A stretch of DNA of 64,000 nucleotides from an uncultured virus (IMG/VR IMGVR_UViG_3300027416_000239) (IMGVR_UViG_3300027416_000239), one strand, 5' to 3'. Shown: positions 17,623 to 26,770, numbered from the stretch's first letter. Notes: generated by a model from the sequence alone, not told the origin. Program-made: numbers and translations.

Positions 17623-18349
17623 AAAAAAAGCTAACAGTAATTGGAAGGGCAGCCTCCCTCTCTGCACCGTCTAAGTCTGTGTAGTTATAAGTCATATCTA
17701 GATCTGGAGATACTTTAGTGTAGTATTCTCTTAATGCTCTAGCATCACGAGCTAATAGTCCGTAGTCAACAAACTCTCTAACATCCTTCTTCTCTCTTGA
17801 TCCGTTGATAGATGTGATAATATACTTTAATCGAGTAGTAGCTTCGGCAATATTATCTTTATTGATCTTCTGAAGGCCTTTAATCTCTTGTTCGATCTTA
17901 GTTTCATCACCGTGAGTTAAAAGCTTAAAGGTTACAGTATTGTCTGTATGAGGTAGAGTAAACTCGAATTCATTTTGACCTCTCTTATATAAGTCTTCTT
18001 GAATCTCTTTATTATTGAAGGTTGTAAGGTCAATAGTCTGCTTACCGTTTCCTAGATCAAAATCATAGTCTTTACCGTAAGATAAGATTCTAGCTGCTAC
18101 CATAATAGCATTCTTATCTCCAATCAAGATCTCGTCATAAGGTACTTCCGTTACAATTAAAGACTGTAGTAGCTTATCGATGACAGTGCCTTGTCTAATA
18201 TAGTTCTGATTGGTTAAGATGTCTTCTTCCCGTGCGGTCATGTATTTCATCTCAATTGTACCGGCGGATAAAGGGTGCCCTTCTGGGTAGAGTAAGCCTT
18301 TTGACGGTAGCTCAACCGTTTCAGTAGGTAACTTAAATTTTGATTCCAT
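17609..18349 (-). CDS. tail/baseplate assembly chaperone (gpG / T4 gp26-like)
   Basis: LPSKGLLYP, MTAREEDIL, IGDKNAIMVAARILSYG, ends FFWPDA; lies between tube and tape measure genes. Confidence 0.8.
   Translation of the reverse strand: MESKFKLPTETVELPSKGLLYPEGHPLSAGTIEMKYMTAREEDILTNQNYIRQGTVIDKLLQSLIVTEVPYDEILIGDKNAIMVAARILSYGKDYDFDLGNGKQTIDLTTFNNKEIQEDLYKRGQNEFEFTLPHTDNTVTFKLLTHGDETKIEQEIKGLQKINKDNIAEATTRLKYIITSINGSREKKDVREFVDYGLLARDARALREYYTKVSPDLDMTYNYTDLDGAEREAALPITVSFFWPDA
17623..17629 (-). other. candidate programmed frameshift site (U7)
   Basis: Minus strand AGC TTT TTT TGG; a +1 (or -2) shift enters the downstream ORF at GGC CTG ACG. Confidence 0.65.
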
Positions 18350-18368
18350 ATAACTGTATTACTTTATA

Positions 18369-18376
18369 TATAAATA
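18369..18376 (-). promoter_or_regulatory. TATTTATA putative late promoter
   Basis: 19 nt before ATG 18349, immediately after a terminator. Confidence 0.6.
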
Positions 18377-18385
18377 TATGAAAAT

Positions 18386-18410
18386 AAAAAACCCGGCCAT
18401 AAAGACCGGG
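18386..18410 (-). terminator. intrinsic terminator after tail tube gene
   Basis: Minus strand CCCGGTC-TTTAT-GGCCGGG then TTTTTT. Confidence 0.85.
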
Positions 18411-18436
18411 CTTTCCTTTGTTGACAAGGCGGGGTA

Positions 18437-18922
18437 TTAGAAGTTTAATACACAGTAGTCCATTGATAATACTAGTTCAACTGAGATGGCTTCATCTGTA
18501 GACCAGTTGTAAGTACCGAAGTTAGAAGATTGTACGAATGCACCTTTAACGATCCATTCTCCTACGATATCTCCAACAGGACCTAGCATATTTAAAGTTA
18601 CGTCTTTCTTATAGAAATCAGAGTATCCAGCTCTACCAGTTACTGATTCATATCCTAAACGAGCCCACTCCATTACAGCCTGTGCACCAGAAGGTGTGAT
18701 TGGATCGTATAATGAGAGAGTCATGTTCTGCCATTCTCTCTTACCGCGGATCTTTCTGTAAGTGTTGATGTGGTCAAGCTTGATAACACCGTCAGTAAAA
18801 GAAGGTGAAGTTACGCTCTTAACCATATATGATGGAATTCCATCGATGTACATGATAAATCTGTTTGATACCTTCGGTTCGAAGGCGGTAAACATGATTT
18901 CGTTTGGATCTAGTACTGGCAT
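18437..18922 (-). CDS. tail tube protein (T4 gp19-like)
   Basis: FEPKVSNRF, LYDPITPSGAQAVMEW and EWIVKGAF motifs; directly downstream of the sheath gene. Confidence 0.9.
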   Translation of the reverse strand: MPVLDPNEIMFTAFEPKVSNRFIMYIDGIPSYMVKSVTSPSFTDGVIKLDHINTYRKIRGKREWQNMTLSLYDPITPSGAQAVMEWARLGYESVTGRAGYSDFYKKDVTLNMLGPVGDIVGEWIVKGAFVQSSNFGTYNWSTDEAISVELVLSMDYCVLNF

Positions 18923-18942
18923 GTTACTTTAGTTTACTTTAT

Positions 18943-18950
18943 TATAAATA
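18943..18950 (-). promoter_or_regulatory. TATTTATA putative late promoter
   Basis: 20 nt before the tube ATG. Confidence 0.6.
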
Positions 18951-18951
18951 G

Positions 18952-20685
18952 TTACGCTCCAAATGTTGCACCTGTTGGCTGAACAACGAAGTCGAGTACG
19001 ATGAATTCCGCAGTCTTAGTTGGTTGGATAAAGATCTGACCTACTAATTGGTTTCTATCGATAACGTCAGCAGTGTTGTTGGTGTCATCCATTACAACTC
19101 TGTAAGCGTAAAGTCCTTGACGCTGTACTACAGTCTCAAGATATGGGTTAGTGGCGGCTAAGAATCTGTTACGAGTAGCGATTGTGTTCTGCTCGAATAC
19201 TAAGTTGTTAGCTTGATCACCGATGAAGTTCTTAAGGTTGATAAGAAGTCTACGAACATTTACTCTGTCTAATGCAGAAGCTTTAGTCTGTAATGTCTTC
19301 TGACCGTAAGCTACAACACCTGAACCTGGGAAGGTAGCAAGTGGGTTAACTTTACCTCCGTATAATGTGTCTCTGTCTGATTGAGAAAGCTTTCTTTCAG
19401 CTGTTACTACACCTGGAATACCGCCTCTTAATAGACCTGCAGGAGCGAACCATTCAGCACCTACTCTATCAGTGAAGGCATAAACACCTCCGATTACTGC
19501 AGAAGCTGGAGCCCATGTATTCTTTCCTAACTGGTTGTCAGATACTTTAACCCATGGCCAGTAAGCAGCTGCATAAGAGCTATTCATACCAGCAGCACTA
19601 GATACTGCATTGGCTACTGAACCTCCGTACTTATAAGCATCTACAACGTAGATTGCATCTCCTCTTCCTTCTACTAAGCTGATAAAGCTTGATACTACTG
19701 AAGAGTTAAGATCTTTTGTAAGACCTGGTGTTACCAGTACGTTGAATTTATATTCGTCTTTGTTAGCAAGAGATAGTAATGCTGTAGCGTAAGCAGTAGA
19801 AGGATCGATACCTTGTGAGTCTGTTGCGCTAGCAATATTCTGATTAAATGTTGCAGCAACTCCGGCTTGGAATAAAACTCCTTCTGCTGAACCGAATGTA
19901 CCGTGAGCAGATCCGCTACCGATTACAAACGCTTCAAATGAAGCAGAGTAAGCTCCTTTAGCAGCTCCAGTGTTGTCGAAGTAGTCCGGGGTTTTGAATG
20001 TTACTGCATCTACATAAACGAATTTAGAAGAGTTTGCATACTCACCGTTTACTGTTACAGCTCCATCAACACCGCTAACTGTCTTATATTGATCGCCGAT
20101 TACTTTGGCGATGTAGTTAGCAGATTTAGGATCTAAAGAAAGGTTAGAATAAGACTCTAGAACGATTTTGTTCTTTTCGTTGTCGTCACCTCTTCTGATA
20201 ACAAGAGAAACAGTACCCTGTGCTGCATCTACGTTAGTAATTTCCCATCTTACGTTGTCGGCTGAACCAGAAACAAGAGCATTGTCAGCTCCTGCTAATG
20301 TACCGCTACCGCTGTTGTTCATGATCTCACCTTGACTTAGAGTCTTTAAGGTAAACCATGCAGCAGAAGCACTATATACTGTAGCAGTAGCACTAGAGAA
20401 AGTATCATCAGATACTCTAGTAACTAAGAGAGAAGAACCTCCTTGTTCGAAGTACTTTTCAGCTGCGATTGTAGTAAAGTGGTTGTAGTAGTCACTACCT
20501 GATTTGAAAGTGCCGCCAAATACATTTAGGTACTCGCCTAAAGATCTAACTACAGTAGGAATATTAACAGGACCTTTAGTTGTAGGTCCTACTAAAGCCG
20601 TAGAGATCTCGCCAGCAGCTGGGGTGATGAAAGATAGGTCATTTTCTCTTGAAAATACACCTGGTGATAAAATTCTCTCTGCCAT
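18952..20685 (-). CDS. contractile tail sheath protein (T4 gp18-like)
   Basis: SPGVFSRENDLS, YWPWV, WFAPAG..RG, DRVNVRRL, VFEQN and PTKTAEFI motifs. Confidence 0.95.
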   Translation of the reverse strand: MAERILSPGVFSRENDLSFITPAAGEISTALVGPTTKGPVNIPTVVRSLGEYLNVFGGTFKSGSDYYNHFTTIAAEKYFEQGGSSLLVTRVSDDTFSSATATVYSASAAWFTLKTLSQGEIMNNSGSGTLAGADNALVSGSADNVRWEITNVDAAQGTVSLVIRRGDDNEKNKIVLESYSNLSLDPKSANYIAKVIGDQYKTVSGVDGAVTVNGEYANSSKFVYVDAVTFKTPDYFDNTGAAKGAYSASFEAFVIGSGSAHGTFGSAEGVLFQAGVAATFNQNIASATDSQGIDPSTAYATALLSLANKDEYKFNVLVTPGLTKDLNSSVVSSFISLVEGRGDAIYVVDAYKYGGSVANAVSSAAGMNSSYAAAYWPWVKVSDNQLGKNTWAPASAVIGGVYAFTDRVGAEWFAPAGLLRGGIPGVVTAERKLSQSDRDTLYGGKVNPLATFPGSGVVAYGQKTLQTKASALDRVNVRRLLINLKNFIGDQANNLVFEQNTIATRNRFLAATNPYLETVVQRQGLYAYRVVMDDTNNTADVIDRNQLVGQIFIQPTKTAEFIVLDFVVQPTGATFGA

Positions 20686-20712
20686 CTTTATGAAGGGTTA
20701 TATTATTCTTTA

Positions 20713-20720
20713 TATAAATA
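20713..20720 (-). promoter_or_regulatory. TATTTATA putative late promoter
   Basis: 27 nt before the sheath ATG. Confidence 0.6.
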
Positions 20721-20742
20721 TGTTAATGAAGTGCAAAAACAA

Positions 20743-21699
20743 TTAATAGTATCCTGTAGTTGTGGAATAGCTTCCAGTTACTCCTAAAGTTACGTTAACA
20801 TCAGCTAATGTACCTGGATCTTCTACAGCTCCGTTACTATCGAAAGTATAAGCTCTTACTTGTGGAATAATTGAACCTACTAACTTCTTTCCGTCTTTTA
20901 GATCAATGTATTGGTCGGCTGTTAAGCGAGTGTCTCCTTTAATCATTGCAAATGCAATCGATCCTGAGAAGTTAGAGTTAGCAACTGCAGCTGTACCGCC
21001 GATGCTTAGGTGGTCTATTAGTGATAGGTCATGAGAAGTAACTATTCCGTTACCTCTTGCGATTAAGCTATAAGAAGTATTACCTACCTTAGCGTAATAT
21101 CTTGCAAAGCCTAACGGTACTGATGGTCTGTCAGCTGTTTGAGCATTTTTACCGATCTCAATAATAGTATACCCGTTTTCTTGAGTACCCCAGGCTGTTG
21201 CAGGGATAGTTGCGTAGTATCTTGAGTACTTACCGTCGTTTGTGCCTCTAATCTCTAGATTATAACCACTTAATGTTACTTCTAAAGAGTGGCTGGCAAA
21301 TGATCCGGTATAAGCATGGAATAGGTACTGCTTCTGTGCTGTAGGTACTGTATCCGGCTTAATCATAAACACTAGGCTTAATGAACCGCTGGTTACCGTA
21401 TTAAGATCTACATCACTTCCAATAGAAGCAGTAAGATACGTATCTCCGTCTAATACTGCAGCTGATGCTCGATAGTTCTTAGCTATAGTAGAGGATCCAA
21501 CAGGTTGAGGTGTTGGTGCTGCTAATGCTACAGATGGTACTGTGCCTACAAACTGAGATACTCTAGGAGTATTAGCAGCAGGAGCGGTATACTTAACAGC
21601 TTCGTTAGCTCTATCCTGTAGACCAGAGTATTGTAATCTATACTGCTGGGATTGTACAGAGCTAGGCTGTAATAACGATTTTTTATCTTCTAAAGCCAT
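20743..21699 (-). CDS. putative virion protein with ConA/LamG-like beta-sandwich
   Basis: LDGDTYL...SLVFMIKP...LSIGG...FSGSI pattern; has its own TATTTATA motif. Confidence 0.55.
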   Translation of the reverse strand: MALEDKKSLLQPSSVQSQQYRLQYSGLQDRANEAVKYTAPAANTPRVSQFVGTVPSVALAAPTPQPVGSSTIAKNYRASAAVLDGDTYLTASIGSDVDLNTVTSGSLSLVFMIKPDTVPTAQKQYLFHAYTGSFASHSLEVTLSGYNLEIRGTNDGKYSRYYATIPATAWGTQENGYTIIEIGKNAQTADRPSVPLGFARYYAKVGNTSYSLIARGNGIVTSHDLSLIDHLSIGGTAAVANSNFSGSIAFAMIKGDTRLTADQYIDLKDGKKLVGSIIPQVRAYTFDSNGAVEDPGTLADVNVTLGVTGSYSTTTGYY

Positions 21700-21717
21700 G
21701 TGTATGTGAGATTTTTA

Positions 21718-21725
21718 TATAAATA
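21718..21725 (-). promoter_or_regulatory. TATTTATA putative late promoter
   Basis: 18 nt before ATG 21699, right after a terminator. Confidence 0.6.
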
Positions 21726-21726
21726 G

Positions 21727-21749
21727 AAAAAGAGGGCCGAAACCCTCTT
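21727..21749 (-). terminator. intrinsic terminator with UUCG loop
   Basis: Minus strand AAGAGGGT-TTCG-GCCCTCTT-TTT. Confidence 0.85.
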
Positions 21750-21775
21750 AATCTTCCCTGGAGTGCGTTGTGCGC

Positions 21776-22063
21776 TTATTCTGCAGCTGGCTCTTCAGTA
21801 GCTTCCTCTTGAGCAGGAGCAGGAACAAACTCACCAGATTGTAAGTCTACAGTTCCATCACCGTACTTTTCAGAAAGCTCTTTACCGAACGTCTGCTCGG
21901 CTTCGCGAAGTTCAGCTAAGAATTTCTTAGCATTTTCAACACGTGCTTCGATACTAAGCTTGATAAGCTCGATTTCGCCGAACTCGCTTACGACAGCACG
22001 ATTTTTGTTTTGAAGGTCAGCGATCTGCTGTAACTCTTCTTGAGTCAACTTTTGGTTTTCCAT
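21776..22063 (-). CDS. small coiled-coil hypothetical protein
   Basis: KLTQEELQQI...LSEKYGDGTVDLQSGEF; has its own TATTTATA motif and terminator. Confidence 0.8.
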   Translation of the reverse strand: MENQKLTQEELQQIADLQNKNRAVVSEFGEIELIKLSIEARVENAKKFLAELREAEQTFGKELSEKYGDGTVDLQSGEFVPAPAQEEATEEPAAE

Positions 22064-22096
22064 GTAACGTTATTTTAATTTAACCGGTTAGTTATA

Positions 22097-22104
22097 TATA
22101 AATA
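22097..22104 (-). promoter_or_regulatory. TATTTATA putative late promoter
   Basis: 33 nt before ATG 22063. Confidence 0.55.
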
Positions 22105-22117
22105 TATGTATTTTTCC

Positions 22118-22471
22118 TTAAATATCCAACGCTGTAGCGTAATTATCTAAAGTTTTTAAATGTTCGTAGGCTTGCTCGATCCAGTTTAACTCAGAATCTA
22201 AGTCGATTTCAAAGTTGTAGCTAGTTCCTCCTAGAACTTCTCCTAGTTTCTCTCTTTCAGCAGCAGAAGGATAGATAGTAACGTTTACGTTGGCTCTTAC
22301 ATCTTGTTTGATAGCTGTAGTAGGGGTTCTAGTAATAGTACCGTCTTCTGCTACTTCTTCGCTGTAAGTAGTTTCCATCCTCTCGTTAATATTATAACTA
22401 AGAGAGTTAATTTTGTGATAAGCGTTGGCGAATTCGTGGCCAAATCTAGTGTAAGCTTGCTCTAATGCCAT
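22118..22471 (-). CDS. hypothetical protein, possibly tail-fibre associated
   Basis: Intact ORF ending NWIEQAYEHLKT; TATTTATA 10 nt upstream. Confidence 0.75.
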   Translation of the reverse strand: MALEQAYTRFGHEFANAYHKINSLSYNINERMETTYSEEVAEDGTITRTPTTAIKQDVRANVNVTIYPSAAEREKLGEVLGGTSYNFEIDLDSELNWIEQAYEHLKTLDNYATALDI

Positions 22472-22481
22472 GGTGTTTTAG

Positions 22482-22489
22482 TATAAATA
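22482..22489 (-). promoter_or_regulatory. TATTTATA putative late promoter
   Basis: 10 nt before ATG 22471. Confidence 0.6.
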
Positions 22490-22491
22490 TG

Positions 22492-22710
22492 TTATTCTGT
22501 AATCTCTTCTACTTTGTAGATTCTTCCAGTCTCGTCAGCAGCTGTTAATTCATCTCTTTTAGCTTCAGCTTCTGCTAAGGTATCAAACTCATCAATAGTA
22601 TCTTCTGAGTTAAGTTTCTGTACCCAGATCTGGCGTTTTGCCCATGTAGGATCGTCTGTGTTTAAAGGTACAGGGATGAGCTGTTTGTAAACTCTGTATT
22701 TTGTTGCCAT
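22492..22710 (-). CDS. hypothetical protein
   Basis: 72-aa ORF translationally coupled (TAATG) to the upstream 54-aa ORF. Confidence 0.75.
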   Translation of the reverse strand: MATKYRVYKQLIPVPLNTDDPTWAKRQIWVQKLNSEDTIDEFDTLAEAEAKRDELTAADETGRIYKVEEITE

Positions 22711-22874
22711 TAGTCTTTCTTTTTATATGGAATCAATTGGTTGATATATTCTTGTCTTTTCTTGCATCCGCAGTCAGACTTTCCTCTTGCTTCTGCTATC
22801 TTTTGTGCTAATCGATCTATGCCGGTAGCATGAGTGACTCTAGCAATAGTATCTCCTAAACCCTTATCTTCCAT
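22710..22874 (-). CDS. small CGC-motif protein (54 aa, not in ORF track)
   Basis: Read by hand: MEDKGLGDTIARVTHATGIDRLAQKIAEARGKSDCGCKKRQEYINQLIPYKKKD; fills the gap exactly. Confidence 0.75.
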   Translation of the reverse strand: MEDKGLGDTIARVTHATGIDRLAQKIAEARGKSDCGCKKRQEYINQLIPYKKKD

Positions 22875-22890
22875 AGTCCTTTTATTATAA

Positions 22891-23982
22891 TTAGGCGTGA
22901 TCGCTTGTTAGGGCTGGAGTATTATATTCCTGTAAGTTATAACTATTTGGTCCTGAGTCTTTACCCTTATTTCCGTCCTCTTCAAAAGCATAATGAAGCA
23001 GGTTAGATGTATTAGCTCCTCCTGATCCGGTTACTTCACCGTATGTAAGTACTGTGCCGGTGTTCCATAATTGAGACACCTCTGTACTAGATAGGGCTTT
23101 GCTGTAAAAGAGAGATAGTTCATCTATGTATAAACCCGAGGATAGTTCTGATGGTACAAATCCGCCTACCATACATTCTGTATTTCCCCATCTATTGTCT
23201 GTATACACGTCACCGTAACACTGAGATGTGTGTGTACCTGGGGAGGTTGTAAAGGGTGCATTTAATCTATCTCCATTCCAATACATCTGTATAAAGTCAT
23301 CGGTATTAAATGCATTGTAGTCATATACAACAGTAATCATAGTATAGCCGTTACTATTAGTATATCCTTGGTTTCCAGACGTAGTATTTGTCCATGCTTT
23401 ACTTGGACCTATACCTGTAATGCTTGTATTAGCGGTATCGTTAAGTACTACGTCAATTGCTGCCTGATTTCCAGCTCCGTCTTGTATTGCACAGAAGATC
23501 ATTGGTTTACCAGTAGAGTCAACATCTCCAGTATGATAGATTACTAACTGATCGCCTCCGCTTAATGTATCTCTTAATCCAAACCAGTACCCTTGAGTAG
23601 CAGATGAAGAATATACTTTCACCCATACGTTAATACTCCATGTACCTAGAGCATTAGGGGCTGCTGTACTTACGTTAGCATCATAATAATCGCCTCCATC
23701 GTACAGCATATTCTGCTGTGATGGATCTCCTCCATCATCTAGTGCATAGAGAGAAGCCGGACACGGAGCATCATGATCGTATCCGTACCATTCAGACATC
23801 TTAGCCGGATTGGCTGATAGCGGATAATAAGGAGAACATGTATTGATAGTAGCGTACGTACCATTCTCGGCCGGATCTAATCCAGTAGCTGCAGCAGTAT
23901 ACGGGCCGCTAGTATAATTAGCTGCCTGTAACTCCTGTCTGATCTTACCTAATGATATCTCTCCTGTTCCCGGTACTGCCAT
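22891..23982 (-). CDS. virion/fibre-tip protein with LamG-like domain
   Basis: N-terminal MAVPGTGEISLGKIRQEL...MSEWYGYDH adaptor; WSINVWVK...IDELSLFYSKALSSTEVSQLWN LamG pattern. Confidence 0.7.
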   Translation of the reverse strand: MAVPGTGEISLGKIRQELQAANYTSGPYTAAATGLDPAENGTYATINTCSPYYPLSANPAKMSEWYGYDHDAPCPASLYALDDGGDPSQQNMLYDGGDYYDANVSTAAPNALGTWSINVWVKVYSSSATQGYWFGLRDTLSGGDQLVIYHTGDVDSTGKPMIFCAIQDGAGNQAAIDVVLNDTANTSITGIGPSKAWTNTTSGNQGYTNSNGYTMITVVYDYNAFNTDDFIQMYWNGDRLNAPFTTSPGTHTSQCYGDVYTDNRWGNTECMVGGFVPSELSSGLYIDELSLFYSKALSSTEVSQLWNTGTVLTYGEVTGSGGANTSNLLHYAFEEDGNKGKDSGPNSYNLQEYNTPALTSDHA

Positions 23983-23986
23983 AATC

Positions 23987-24325
23987 TTATACTAGATCTT
24001 GAATTGGTGCTGTCCAAGCCTCGGTTGCTAGCAATGCTAAGATACCCTCATGATCATACTCGGTAAATGATTCTGAGTAGATAGAAGGTCTTCCGTACAC
24101 TCCGGCTTCTACTGTAGTAGTTACTTCTTCTTCGGTTTCAAGGTCAGTATAGGTATATGAATAAGGCTCTTCTAATACTGATACTTCGTATTTAACGAAA
24201 GTTTCACTTCCGTCTACAGAATATCTTAAAGTATCTGCTGAAGATTCTAGAACCTGATTAAAGTCTACGTTCTCTACTTCGGTAGCTGGTATGACTAACC
24301 AGCGTCTGTTAGGAAATCTGCTCAT
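23987..24325 (-). CDS. hypothetical protein associated with the LamG/fibre cluster
   Basis: VDFNQVLESSADTLRYSVDG.ETFVKY; TATTTATA 10 nt upstream. Confidence 0.75.
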   Translation of the reverse strand: MSRFPNRRWLVIPATEVENVDFNQVLESSADTLRYSVDGSETFVKYEVSVLEEPYSYTYTDLETEEEVTTTVEAGVYGRPSIYSESFTEYDHEGILALLATEAWTAPIQDLV

Positions 24326-24335
24326 AGCTTTTTTA

Positions 24336-24343
24336 TATAAATA
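24336..24343 (-). promoter_or_regulatory. TATTTATA putative late promoter
   Basis: 10 nt before ATG 24325. Confidence 0.6.
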
Positions 24344-24345
24344 GA

Positions 24346-25416
24346 TTAGAGGTTAAAGCGGGATTTATAGAAGTTGTAGTTATTAAGTACTTCAGCGGCT
24401 GAGAGTGCTCTACTATAAGCTTTTACTACGTATATCTCTCCGGTAAAATCTTCAGCTGCTCCATTAACATCAGCTCCTATTCTATAATCAATATCTGTTG
24501 CAATAGAAGCTGCTCTAGTTCCGGAGTTTACAAGTACTCCATTAAGGTACAGTTTCATTACTCCGCTCTCTCTAGTACCTACCATATGGTATCTCCCGTT
24601 GGCAAGCGGATAGCCTGGAGCATAAACTCCGCCATTTAGCCAAATACCGTACATACCGGAAAACCATAAATGGTCTGTAGTATAGCCCGATCCATAATTT
24701 CCAAGGATCTCTCCTCCGCCTTGTCCTTGCATATTATAAGCAGCTTCTACTGTTAGATCTTGAGTACCTGAGAGTAGGGTTGTACTATTTAGTATATCAA
24801 TATAGTCGTTTGAGCCGTCAAAGTATATTTGTGCATTACTGTCAAATGATACGTTTGCTAAATCAATAGGATAATTGCCTGTCAGGTCCAATAAACCTTG
24901 TGTTGCCGAGCGAGTACCCTTAATGAATGGCGTAGCGTGAGATTTTAATTCAATCTGTACATTTCTAATATAGATATTTCCAGCTCCACCGTTACGTCTG
25001 AAGTATAATAGGTGGTTACCACTTCCAGTATGGGTTTTGGTACTGGTGTAGGTTTGCCATTCAGTTGTTGTGGTTATATTGGCGTTCCAGATGTTATCAT
25101 CCTGGGAGTCATTGTCAATATTAAAGTTATTACTTCCGCCATCATCAGTTCTATGCTGGAAAGATACTGTGTAAGTTCCTGCAGATACTGCAGCTGTAAA
25201 CTGACCTGCCCATGGAGTTCCGGCTGAAGCTAGTAACTTTATGTAGTTCGTATTGTTGTCTAGTACTTCGTAACTTCCTCCGGTATAAGCATTCCAGTTT
25301 CCATACAGGTTAGTTGTAGGCTCTCCCCTATAACTATTTCTAGTATCTCCAGTATCGTATGCAAATACTAATGCATCAGTACCTGCTATCTTTCCGTATC
25401 CGTGTCTTACTGCCAT
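24346..25416 (-). CDS. LamG/ConA-like satellite protein with inserted CBM-like domain
   Basis: SYRGEPTTN [insert] QIE..HATPFIKGTRS, FDGSNDY, YSRALSAAEVLNNY..KSRFNL. Confidence 0.8.
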   Translation of the reverse strand: MAVRHGYGKIAGTDALVFAYDTGDTRNSYRGEPTTNLYGNWNAYTGGSYEVLDNNTNYIKLLASAGTPWAGQFTAAVSAGTYTVSFQHRTDDGGSNNFNIDNDSQDDNIWNANITTTTEWQTYTSTKTHTGSGNHLLYFRRNGGAGNIYIRNVQIELKSHATPFIKGTRSATQGLLDLTGNYPIDLANVSFDSNAQIYFDGSNDYIDILNSTTLLSGTQDLTVEAAYNMQGQGGGEILGNYGSGYTTDHLWFSGMYGIWLNGGVYAPGYPLANGRYHMVGTRESGVMKLYLNGVLVNSGTRAASIATDIDYRIGADVNGAAEDFTGEIYVVKAYSRALSAAEVLNNYNFYKSRFNL

Positions 25417-25422
25417 AACTTA

Positions 25423-26628
25423 CTAAATATTAAATCTGCCTTTGATGGCGTTATAGTTTGATTTGACTTCTGAGGCTGTGAGTGCTCGGTTATATACTTT
25501 TAGTAAAGGTATTGGACCATTGAAAAAGTAACCACTACTATATGAACGTCTTCCTATGTAAGTAACGTTGTTTGTTTGACTAAATCCTCCACTATTTGTA
25601 TTAACCGATCCATAATCAAAATCAACAGTTTCTTCTACCCCGTCGATATAAATCTTGTTAGCTCCGGGAGCAAGTGTAACTACCACGTGATGGTATTTAT
25701 TATCGTGATAATATCCATGTCCTTTTCTTACAGCCATTTGTAGAGTCTGCCCGTTTATCCAAACTGTTAAGGATTCATCAGGATATGCACTAGTGCCGGC
25801 TCCTAAATGTATTCCTGAGTAGTTCCCTGAAGAGAAAGCTCCCCATCCTATAATTACCTTAAAGTCAGTCCCGCTTGCAGAGTTTGATTTAAATACTGCT
25901 TCAATAGTAGGCGTATTGTAACTATTTAAACTACTTCCTAAATTAATAATATCATTTGAACCATCAAAAGTCATTTGTGCATTACTGTCAAATGATACGT
26001 TTGTTAGATCGATTGTTGAATTGCCTGTGAGATCTATTAAGCCTTGGGTGGCTGATCGGGTTCCGTTTACAAAAGGAGTAATATGTGAGTTAAACTCTAT
26101 TTGCTGGGCAGCCACGTAGACATTTGTGCTAGTCAGTATACCTCTAACAGCTACCCAAGCATGTGTTGTGTAATTACCTACTGCTTGAACGATAGAGTAT
26201 CTAGTCCATTTACTGGTAAGAGTGATTGTAGGTGTGGTGCTATACCCAGCTATATCAGAATAGACTGTAAGGTGACATGTGCCAGTTCCTTTAAGGTACA
26301 CGCTATATGCTACAGTTGTGTTGCGGGCGTTTACACTACCATCTACAAACGATGTAAAGAGCTGGTTATTGTCGCTGTCTGTGTTTCCTGTAAATCTAGA
26401 GTACTGTCCTCCAGGAGCAGTTGGGTCTGCTACATTGGTTTCTTGTGCAGTACAGATATAGACATTTAAGGGGTACGATAAACTTACATTACCTCCTAAA
26501 TTTGCTGCCATCGTTGTGATGTAGTTAGTAGTAGGCTCTCCTTTATAAGAATTCCTAGCATCTCCTAAATCATAGCCAAAGACTAGATTCTCTTCTCCTT
26601 TTGTATTTGGTCCTACTGCTGTTGGCAT
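25423..26628 (-). CDS. LamG/ConA-like satellite protein with inserted CBM-like domain
   Basis: SYKGEPTTN [insert] QIE..HITPFVNGTRS, FDGSND, YNRALTASEVKSNY..KGRFNI. Confidence 0.8.
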   Translation of the reverse strand: MPTAVGPNTKGEENLVFGYDLGDARNSYKGEPTTNYITTMAANLGGNVSLSYPLNVYICTAQETNVADPTAPGGQYSRFTGNTDSDNNQLFTSFVDGSVNARNTTVAYSVYLKGTGTCHLTVYSDIAGYSTTPTITLTSKWTRYSIVQAVGNYTTHAWVAVRGILTSTNVYVAAQQIEFNSHITPFVNGTRSATQGLIDLTGNSTIDLTNVSFDSNAQMTFDGSNDIINLGSSLNSYNTPTIEAVFKSNSASGTDFKVIIGWGAFSSGNYSGIHLGAGTSAYPDESLTVWINGQTLQMAVRKGHGYYHDNKYHHVVVTLAPGANKIYIDGVEETVDFDYGSVNTNSGGFSQTNNVTYIGRRSYSSGYFFNGPIPLLKVYNRALTASEVKSNYNAIKGRFNI

Positions 26629-26632
26629 GATA

Positions 26633-26770
26633 CTAGTCTTTTAACTGAACATTATTAATGTTAGCCTGTGCTTCTTCTTCAGTATAGTAGATACTTAACT
26701 GATGATTATCTAAATAGATAGTCCAGCATTCATTTCCATCCTTATCTGTTTCATGTACTACTGTTCTCAT
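26633..26770 (-). CDS. small hypothetical protein (45 aa, not in ORF track)
   Basis: Read by hand: MRTVVHETDKDGNECWTIYLDNHQLSIYYTEEEAQANINNVQLKD; ATGA-coupled to the upstream gene. Confidence 0.65.
   Translation of the reverse strand: MRTVVHETDKDGNECWTIYLDNHQLSIYYTEEEAQANINNVQLKD

Noticed and set aside
18414..18432. Second small hairpin just after the tube stop codon
   Set aside because: Short, imperfect stem next to a clear terminator; not enough evidence for a separate element.
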